From an uncultured Acidimicrobiaceae bacterium (GTDB lineage Bacteria > Actinomycetota > Acidimicrobiia > Acidimicrobiales > Bog-793), in NCBI GenBank assembly GCA_963761425.1, contig CAVXGQ010000005.1, forward strand, positions 60,391 to 124,390: a stretch of DNA of 64,000 nucleotides. Direction: 5' to 3'. The position numbers and the translations under genes are program-made. Positions 50,976 through 57,303 of this stretch are shown piece after piece. Below the pieces are notes generated by a model. The model worked only from the letters and a program-made list of their open reading frames with translations, had not been told where the DNA came from and ran no database searches. Numbering within the stretch: the first letter of the stretch is position 1; each line of letters starts with the position of its first letter.

Positions 50976-52139
50976 TCAATTCCCGTCGGCTGCGCTGATC
51001 CTGCCGAGTGCGCGCTCGGTCGCGTCGGCCGCCTCTCGCATGGTCGCTGGCCACACGTGGGAGTAGGTGTCCATGGTGAGACGGAACGTCGAGTGCCCAA
51101 GGACTTCCATAGCGACCCGAGGATGCACGCCTTGCGCCAGGAGCAGCGTCGCGGCCGTGTGACGGCAATCGTAGAGACGGTGACCGGTGATGCCGGCTCG
51201 CTCCGACAATTTCGTGAACCACCTCGACAGGGCGCTCGACGATAGCGGGTGCCCCATTTCTCCAGTGAACACGAGGCCGCTGTCGTGCCATTCCGAGCCG
51301 GCCCGAAGGCGCTCCTCGAGTTGCGCCGTTCGGCGAGTGCGCAGCGCCGTGACGCATTGCAGCGGTAGGGCGATCGTGCGTCGCGAGCGATCCGTCTTCG
51401 GCGGCCCGATGCTCTCGCCTCCAGGTGCACGTCTGAACGCGCGTTGCACTCGGACACACGGGTCGGGCCCGTCGAGGTCGACGTCATCCCAGCTAAGAGC
51501 TCGCGCCTCGGCCGGCCGCAAACCGAGCGCCAGGGCGACCATGACGAAGGCACCGAGTCGATCGCCCCGTGCCTGTGAGAGAAGTCGGCCAACTTCGTCG
51601 TCGCTGAATGGTCGGATCTCCGCACGACGTACCGAGATCGGCTCGACGAGCATCGCGACATTGTCGTGCACGAGTCCCCACCGCTTCGCGACCGTCAATG
51701 CTGCGCGGAGGGTCGCGTGGACTAGGCGAACGGTGTCGTCGGCTACGCCCTTCGCTCGAGTCGTGTTGATGAGTCGTTCAATGTCCGCCGCGGTCAGCTT
51801 CGCTAACGGAATGCGACCGATAACCGGGTCGATGTGCCGCCTGATGTGGCTCTCGCAATTGCGCCAGTGGCCATAAGTGCGGCGAGGTTTCACGATTTCG
51901 AGGAGCCACCGATCGAGGAACTTGTCCACGCGGGCGCGCTCATCGAGAGCCGGCTGTCCTTCAGCCAAGGCGCGCTGTGCGCGCCGCAGTTTCGACATCG
52001 CTTCGGCGCGAGTGCGCCCGTAGAAGGACTTGCGCTTGCGTTTGCCGGCGGGCCCATAGCCGACACCGACCGAACCCTCCCAGCGACCATCCGCCCGCTT
52101 TCGGATGCCGCCCTCGCCCGCGCCCCTGCGCTTCGTCAC
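50976..52139 (-). CDS. tyrosine recombinase / phage-type integrase
   Basis: N-terminal arm-binding-like GGIRKRADGRWEGSVGVGYGPAGKRKRKSFYGRTRAEA. Catalytic ALGLRPAEARAL (Arg), HRLYDCRHTAATLLL (HxxR), LGHSTFRLTMDTYSHV (His...Tyr). GTG start 52139 overlaps the upstream stop (GTGA). Confidence 0.9.
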   Translation of the reverse strand: MTKRRGAGEGGIRKRADGRWEGSVGVGYGPAGKRKRKSFYGRTRAEAMSKLRRAQRALAEGQPALDERARVDKFLDRWLLEIVKPRRTYGHWRNCESHIRRHIDPVIGRIPLAKLTAADIERLINTTRAKGVADDTVRLVHATLRAALTVAKRWGLVHDNVAMLVEPISVRRAEIRPFSDDEVGRLLSQARGDRLGAFVMVALALGLRPAEARALSWDDVDLDGPDPCVRVQRAFRRAPGGESIGPPKTDRSRRTIALPLQCVTALRTRRTAQLEERLRAGSEWHDSGLVFTGEMGHPLSSSALSRWFTKLSERAGITGHRLYDCRHTAATLLLAQGVHPRVAMEVLGHSTFRLTMDTYSHVWPATMREAADATERALGRISAADGN

Positions 52140-52447
52140 CGTGGCCCCGCATTCGAGCTGGCGAGAGCCACGATGCCCTCGGCGAGCGCACGGCGAGCCT
52201 GCGGCCACGTCGCGAGCGTCGCGGCCCGCTCGAGCAGCGCTCGCAACTCCCCGAGCTGATCGGGCACGCTCATGAGCGGGGGCGCCGCGTCACCGACGAC
52301 TCGCTTATCGAGGAGCCTCTGCCGATAGGCGGCTTGGCGGTGCGCCGGCGAGCAGTAGGAAGGGGCGGGGCCTCGCGTAGAGGGGAGCGTCAGTTTGTTG
52401 CCGCAGTGGGCGCACCGAATGGTGCGGGTTCGGTCTTGGCGAGCCAT
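52136..52447 (-). CDS. small zinc-ribbon protein translationally coupled to the integrase (candidate excision/regulatory factor)
   Basis: MARQDRTRTIRCAHCGNKLTLPSTRGPAPSYCSPAHRQAAYRQR... shows a CxxC...CxxxH motif. Its stop TGA overlaps the integrase GTG. Confidence 0.6.
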   Translation of the reverse strand: MARQDRTRTIRCAHCGNKLTLPSTRGPAPSYCSPAHRQAAYRQRLLDKRVVGDAAPPLMSVPDQLGELRALLERAATLATWPQARRALAEGIVALASSNAGPR

Positions 52448-52464
52448 ATACCCGTCACCATATT

Positions 52465-52530
52465 CGTCACGCTTCCGCGTGACGCGGATGCTCGGTTGCG
52501 CTCCGTTGCCCTCACCTGGCCGGGTGAGGG
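52465..52530. promoter_or_regulatory. two perfect 8-bp-arm palindromes in a divergent intergenic region
   Basis: CGTCACGC-ttcc-GCGTGACG (52465-52484) and CCCTCACC-tggccg-GGTGAGGG (52509-52530). They lie between divergently oriented genes 52136..52447(-) and 52576..53001(+). Confidence 0.5.
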
Positions 52531-52575
52531 AACGTCTACCGATTGCCGAGCTCGTGCGCGAGGTAGGTTCGTGCG

Positions 52576-53001
52576 ATGAGCGAACCGCCGTGGTGGGCAA
52601 GTGTCACGCCCCACACGGTTTTGGCCAGTTGTCGCCTCAACGGCGCGACACAGGAGAATGAGGTCGGAGCTCTAACCGTCGACGGAACGGGTTTCCAGTA
52701 TCGCAGCAAATCGACATTTGGCATCGGTTGGCCCGAGGTCGGCAGGCTCGACATCACCGAGAACCGAATTCCCCACGGTCGCAAGCGCAGCGCTTTCGGA
52801 TTCGGGTTGATCGGGCTCGCGGTCGTCGGAGCCACCGTCGCCCACAACCGCGGGGTTCGCCCCGTTGAGATCGTTCGTGTCGTAACGATCACGACCAGGA
52901 CCGGCCAGCAATTCCACTTCATTCCGGGGAACTCCTCGCTGGCAGCGATGGCACCGACCCTCGGACTCATCGAGCTGATCCGGTCTCACGGTTCAAACTG
53001 A
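52576..53001 (+). CDS. hypothetical protein with one central hydrophobic segment
   Basis: 141-aa ORF with ordinary composition and a putative TM segment AFGFGLIGLAVVGATVA. No recognisable motif. Confidence 0.45.
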   Translation: MSEPPWWASVTPHTVLASCRLNGATQENEVGALTVDGTGFQYRSKSTFGIGWPEVGRLDITENRIPHGRKRSAFGFGLIGLAVVGATVAHNRGVRPVEIVRVVTITTRTGQQFHFIPGNSSLAAMAPTLGLIELIRSHGSN

Positions 53002-53245
53002 CCCAGTACCGAAGGCACCGGCGATCACGCTTGGACCGCCCCGGCTCGTGACGATGACTTCCTCGGCGACGCGCGCTGGGCCAATGACGAGCACGCCTCA
53101 TGCGGCACTCACGACCGGCTTCTCGGTCACGTGCCAGCCGGTAAGCAGGTGACCCTCGCATCGGACGGGGGTCAGCCTCCAGCTGAGGTTGACAGTTGGA
53201 TTGCTCGCGCCTCGGGTGGGCGCCGCTCTGCGAGTCGTGACGAGC

Positions 53246-53482
53246 TCAGTCGTTCGCCAGGATCCCGTGGATGCGCCCGAGCGAGAGCCCGGCCGCCCGC
53301 GCCACCTGACGGTGCGAGACGAGGTAGAAGTCGATCGCCTCTCTGACCGCCGCGTCCCGCTCATCGATCCGCTTCCGCACGTCGAGCCCGGCTACCCGCA
53401 CCGCCTCGGCCAGCTCGGTGACCCTCCGGAGCACCTCCGCCTGCGGGACTTCGGCAGGGGTGTCCGTCTCACCGGACATCAT
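53246..53482 (-). CDS. small helix-turn-helix protein
   Basis: The C-terminal VSHRQVARAAGLSLGRIHGILAND resembles an HTH. ATG 53482 is preferred over the GTG 53503 given by the ORF track, because the upstream extension only re-translates a DNA repeat (MSGETDG/MSGETD). Confidence 0.55.
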   Translation of the reverse strand: MMSGETDTPAEVPQAEVLRRVTELAEAVRVAGLDVRKRIDERDAAVREAIDFYLVSHRQVARAAGLSLGRIHGILAND

Positions 53483-53608
53483 GCCGTCCGTCTCACCGGA
53501 CACCTCCCGTCCGTCTCACCGGACACCCCCCGTCCGTCGCGACGGACTGTTTCGCATCGGCCCAGGTTATGACATGACCGTCGCGACGGACGCGGTGTCT
53601 GTCGCGAC
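53462..53608. repeat. operator-like repeat array: 3x GTCCGTCTCACCGGACA plus 3x GTCGCGAC palindromes
   Basis: 17-mers at 53462-53478, 53486-53502 and 53509-53525, each an internal GTCCG/CGGAC inverted repeat. 16-bp perfect palindrome GTCCGTCGCGACGGAC at 53532-53547. CCGTCGCGACGG at 53578-53589. GTCGCGAC at 53601-53608. Confidence 0.8.
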
Positions 53609-53754
53609 GGGCGGTGACGGAGGGTGAGAAAGAACGCCGGGCGGGTGAAGGATTGAGGCGTGCGCCTCGTACGGAGTACGGGCGTCTTCCCGTTCGGCTG
53701 AGCAGCGTGCAGCTGCAGCCTTGCGACTCGTGCTCCGAGGGACTCCCCATCGGT

Positions 53755-54045
53755 TCAGTATTCGATCGCCGCAGCCACGACTGCAGTCGCCCAATCTTCC
53801 GCGGTCGGGAGGGCGCAGTGCCGCGTCGTCTCCAGCGAGCGATGGCCGGCGAGCTCCGCCACGAGCACGACGTCAGCCCCAGACCGGACGAGCCGCGTCA
53901 GGAAGGTGTGACGCAGCACGTGCGGCGACCACCGTGCATTCGCGATCAGCGCTACACGACCGCGCGAGGGCCTTGTCCACAGCATCGGATCATCGTCTCT
54001 GAAGCTGATCGAACTGCCAGCCGGGCGTGCCTCTCTGGTCTCCAC
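53755..54045 (-). pseudogene. C-terminal fragment of a tyrosine recombinase
   Basis: HVLRHTFLTRLVRSGADVVLVAELAGHRSLETTRHC retains HxxR and the GH motif. Cys sits where the catalytic Tyr is expected, and there is no N-terminal domain. Confidence 0.65.
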
Positions 54046-54060
54046 TCCCGTGTCAGAGTG

Positions 54061-54498
54061 TCAGCCGCGAGCAGAGGTGGCGGAGCTGTGACTGGGAAGC
54101 TTCGCCACGGCCAGTGCGAGGAGCGTCATGGCGAGCGTCCAGGCGATCCAGGCGACGATGGCCAAGCGGGCGTAGTCCCAACCGGTGCCTGAATGGATGA
54201 CCGGCGCCGGTCCCAAGTCGTAGGCGCGAGGCGGGTTGTCCGCCGAAATGACCTCGACGCAGTCGTTGCCAGGGACGCCTTTCCAGCCAGGACTCGAGCC
54301 GGCGAGCTCCACCTTGTCAGAGCTCGAATGGGTTGGGGCGACGCCCGCGCACGAGGTTGACGGCCACGCACCCACGAGGGCAACTACGCCACCAACGACG
54401 AACAGTCCGAACAGGGCGGCCGCGATGGCAGCGAGAACCTGGTGGGGATAGGTGCGCCTCACCGCCGGCGAGCCTTCGCCCGAGCCAGCAGTTGTCAT
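54061..54498 (-). CDS. membrane protein, two TM segments flanking a ~70-aa extracytoplasmic loop
   Basis: VLAAIAAALFGLFVVGGVVALVGAW and LAIVAWIAWTLAMTLLALAVA. No other motif. Confidence 0.5.
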   Translation of the reverse strand: MTTAGSGEGSPAVRRTYPHQVLAAIAAALFGLFVVGGVVALVGAWPSTSCAGVAPTHSSSDKVELAGSSPGWKGVPGNDCVEVISADNPPRAYDLGPAPVIHSGTGWDYARLAIVAWIAWTLAMTLLALAVAKLPSHSSATSARG

Positions 54499-54720
54499 CG
54501 GGCCCAGTGTACGGCGCGGCTTTCGTGACGGATGGGCCCCGCGCGGGACAACGCTGAGCGGGCGCGAGCGCGCAAGCCGTGTGCAGCGGGCAACGCCATC
54601 GAGTCGTTCGCCGAGTGCGGCTGGTCTCCGCCGGATGGTGGTCGCATGGAAGCTGGGGCCGACTCGGCTGCCGCTCCGGCGGTGACGAGCTCGGCGGCTG
54701 ACCTCTCCGCCGGCACGTGC

Positions 54721-55140
54721 TTAGGTGCGGGCCACCTCGAGCCCGAGCGTTTCGGCAGCCGCGCACAGACCTGCGTCGCCGGCGACGAACACGAGGTCGT
54801 CGGCCTGGACGAGTTCCGCTGCGGCTAGGTGGATCGCGTCATAGCCGCGGAGCGCTAAGCGTTCGGCGAGAGCGCCGGCGCGGCGCACGAGCAGATCGGA
54901 GATCTCAAGGAGGTCAAGCTGCTCGTAGAGACCGACGAGCTTCGTCACTGCGTCTCGCAGCGCCGACTCAGCGATGTGGCCCTTTCGAGCAGCCTGAGCG
55001 AGAGCCGCGTGGCCTTCGGCGTAAACGATCCGCGCGCTCGTGAGGCGGTCCGCTTCCAGCCACCGGCGCCGAGCCGCGTCCGAACCGGGCTCAGCGACGA
55101 TCAGCGGAACGATCGCCGAGGTGTCGAAGTAGGCGATCAC
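54721..55140 (-). CDS. vapC: PIN-domain ribonuclease toxin VapC
   Basis: MIAYFDTSAIVPL (first acidic residue) ...YDAIHLAAA... is PIN layout. 4-nt overlap with the upstream antitoxin gene. Confidence 0.85.
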   Translation of the reverse strand: MIAYFDTSAIVPLIVAEPGSDAARRRWLEADRLTSARIVYAEGHAALAQAARKGHIAESALRDAVTKLVGLYEQLDLLEISDLLVRRAGALAERLALRGYDAIHLAAAELVQADDLVFVAGDAGLCAAAETLGLEVART

Positions 55141-55430
55141 CGCCGCTGGTCGGACACCAGCGGGCTCACCGGTCGAGTCGCTGGGATCAGCTCGTCCGGG
55201 ACGCTCCGACGGGCCGTCCGGGCCGGCGAGGCGACACCATTGGTAATCAGACGATCGAGCACCATGGGTTTGCCGTTCTCTCGGGCGAGGGGCACGACTC
55301 GCGCGACAGCGCGGCCGTGGTCCGTGACGACGAGCTCACTGCCTGTGCGAACTCGGTGCAGGTAACGACTCAGATTGTTCTTCAGCTCCCGAACTCCGAC
55401 CTCCACAGCCACCTCCCTCTGGGGCCACAT
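55137..55430 (-). CDS. Phd/YefM-type antitoxin (VapB role)
   Basis: VGVRELKNNLSRYLHRVRTGSELVVTDHGRAVARVVP is the typical Phd/YefM N-terminal domain. Confidence 0.8.
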   Translation of the reverse strand: MWPQREVAVEVGVRELKNNLSRYLHRVRTGSELVVTDHGRAVARVVPLARENGKPMVLDRLITNGVASPARTARRSVPDELIPATRPVSPLVSDQRR

Positions 55431-55500
55431 TCTGCGACCATTGTAGCTACAATTCTCTAGTCCCCGACGGCGCGGACCACGTTGCCGAGGGGTACCGCGG

Positions 55501-55512
55501 CCTAGTTAGGAG
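55501..55512 (+). repeat. left copy of exact 12-bp direct repeat CCTAGTTAGGAG
   Basis: Identical 12-mer at 57265-57276. An AT-rich, CTAG-containing word that looks rare in this GC-rich window. This copy also supplies the AGGAGG Shine-Dalgarno for the recombinase gene. Confidence 0.8.
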
Positions 55513-55519
55513 GTGCGGG

Positions 55520-57214
55520 ATGTCTGACCTCTCCGGGATCGAGCCAGGCGGTCTCTCGTCGAGCGCGTGGAGGTCGCGCTATGGCGATCTGAGCGCGGAC
55601 GAAGTCGCCCTGCTCGGCGAGTTGGCGTGCTCGGCCTTCCTCGGACAGGGGCTGTCTGACCGCACCGCCCGCACCTACGCCCAGGTGGTCGCCGCTGGCG
55701 AACGGTACTGCCGGACGCGCCACAGCACGCTGCTCGCCGCTGACGCCGGATTGATCGGCGGCTTCGCGGCGACCCTGACGCTCCCGAGACGAGCGCAGGC
55801 GCGAAGTGCGCTTGCCAGCTGGTGGCGCTTTCTCGGTCGCGCTTCGCCTCCGCTCGATCCACTTCGCGTAGCGGGTCGCCAATCCGATCTCCCGTCGAAG
55901 CGCCGTTCACGAGGTCACGCGGCCGGGCGACCGCACCGTGGCGATAGCTGGGACCTCGAGGGGTCAGCTACCAGCGAGCGGATCCGACGCGCCCGTGAAT
56001 CGATGCGACGTGCCGGCGTCAATCCGACCTCGACACGTCAATACTGTCGGTACCTCGCCGCCGCGGAGAGGTGGTGCAGCCAGCGCGACCTCGACCTCGC
56101 AACGATCGAGGGCGAGGCGCTTGAGCAACTCGCGGAGACCGTCCCGAGGTCGACTAGTTCCCGTCGTGCGCTGCGTTCGGCGTTGCGACATTACTTCCAT
56201 GCCCTCGGACGATCGGAACCACCTCTGTGGGCGGTGCGGGTTCCGAAAAAGCGACGCATGATCGCGAGACCGCTTGAGCCGGACGAGCTCAGGCGCTTGC
56301 TGGCCGTCGTCCGCGAGGACGGCGGTAGACGGGGCTTTGCCGTGATGCTCGGCCTGTTTCTCGGCCTCCGTCGTTTCGAGATCGCGACGGTTCGCTTCCG
56401 AGATTTCGAAGGCGGCTGGCTCGAGCTCATCGGCAAGGGCGATCTTCCAGCCCGACTTCCGGTTCATCCCGAAGTTACGCGGAATCTCGCCCGCATCCCG
56501 AAGACCTCGGCATTTGTGTTTCCGGGCCGCCTGTCTGGTCACGCGTCTCCGGCGACGATCTGGACCTGGGTCGTTCAACTCGCCGAGGAGGCTCGAATCG
56601 ACGGCCTGACGACGCACCGCCTCCGGCACACGTGCCTCACATACGCGAACGACGCGACAAAGGATCTCCGCGCCGTGCAAGAGTTCGCTCGCCACGAACG
56701 ACCCGAGACAACTGCCGGGTACACGCGAGCGTCGGCCGACCGACTCCTCGAGGTTATGCGCGCGCTCGGCGGCGCCTACGGCGTAACTGCTCCACGTGAG
56801 CGGCCTGGCCGGGCGTCGTCCTCGAAGTGGTCGGCAACGCTCGAGGACATCGCTGCCGGAGTCGACGGGAATCAATACGTCGACGACTGGTCAGCTCTCG
56901 GCAACCTGCTTGCTGGTCGATCCGGGTGGCACCTATGTGTCGAATCGCCGGGGCCTGAGCTCCGTTTTGTCTACGAGGACGCTCCACTCTGGGTCGGCGT
57001 CGACAACGGCTGGCAGGTCAACCCGCATCGCTACTGCCTCTTCGTCGAGCTTGATCCCGATGACCGAGAGGTCGTCGGCTGCTGGCACTTCTCTGACATC
57101 GAGAGCCTCGGAGTCATGCTGTCGACCTTCGAGACGGGCGACGTGAGCGCGTTGCCGCCGACGTTTGTGCTTGGGCTGTCCTCCAGCGGTCAGCCCGACG
57201 TCGTTGCGGTGTGA
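55520..57214 (+). CDS. atypical tyrosine recombinase: duplicated N-terminal core-binding-like domains, catalytic domain, ~130-aa C-terminal extension
   Basis: Catalytic GLRRFEI (Arg), HRLRHTCLTYA (HxxR), ARHERPETTAGYT (His...Tyr). Two SAM-like segments (LSDRTARTYAQVVAAGERYC... and STRQYCRYLAAAERWC...). The tail from about residue 430 has no recognisable motif. Confidence 0.85.
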   Translation: MSDLSGIEPGGLSSSAWRSRYGDLSADEVALLGELACSAFLGQGLSDRTARTYAQVVAAGERYCRTRHSTLLAADAGLIGGFAATLTLPRRAQARSALASWWRFLGRASPPLDPLRVAGRQSDLPSKRRSRGHAAGRPHRGDSWDLEGSATSERIRRARESMRRAGVNPTSTRQYCRYLAAAERWCSQRDLDLATIEGEALEQLAETVPRSTSSRRALRSALRHYFHALGRSEPPLWAVRVPKKRRMIARPLEPDELRRLLAVVREDGGRRGFAVMLGLFLGLRRFEIATVRFRDFEGGWLELIGKGDLPARLPVHPEVTRNLARIPKTSAFVFPGRLSGHASPATIWTWVVQLAEEARIDGLTTHRLRHTCLTYANDATKDLRAVQEFARHERPETTAGYTRASADRLLEVMRALGGAYGVTAPRERPGRASSSKWSATLEDIAAGVDGNQYVDDWSALGNLLAGRSGWHLCVESPGPELRFVYEDAPLWVGVDNGWQVNPHRYCLFVELDPDDREVVGCWHFSDIESLGVMLSTFETGDVSALPPTFVLGLSSSGQPDVVAV

Positions 57215-57226
57215 CCGAATCGGGGT

Positions 57227-57256
57227 GCCTCGGCGGCGTCTCCGCGCCGCCGAGGC
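57227..57256. terminator. 12-bp-stem GC hairpin between convergent genes
   Basis: GCCTCGGCGGCG-tctccg-CGCCGCCGAGGC, 13 nt after the recombinase stop. No T-tract, which is common in high-GC actinobacteria. Confidence 0.55.
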
Positions 57257-57264
57257 GGTCGCCA

Positions 57265-57276
57265 CCTAGTTAGGAG
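57265..57276 (+). repeat. right copy of exact 12-bp direct repeat CCTAGTTAGGAG
   Basis: Identical to 55501-55512. The two copies bracket only the recombinase gene and its hairpin. Confidence 0.8.
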
Positions 57277-57303
57277 ATGACGACGCGGCCGACGATACCC
57301 GCG

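Noticed and set aside
52988-53003. GGTTCAAACTGACCC resembling the tRNA-Tyr T-arm (GGTTCAAATCCTACCC) as an internal att remnant
   Set aside because: Only 8 contiguous matches, followed by divergence. It overlaps the stop codon of ORF 52576..53001 and is too weak without a proper alignment statistic.
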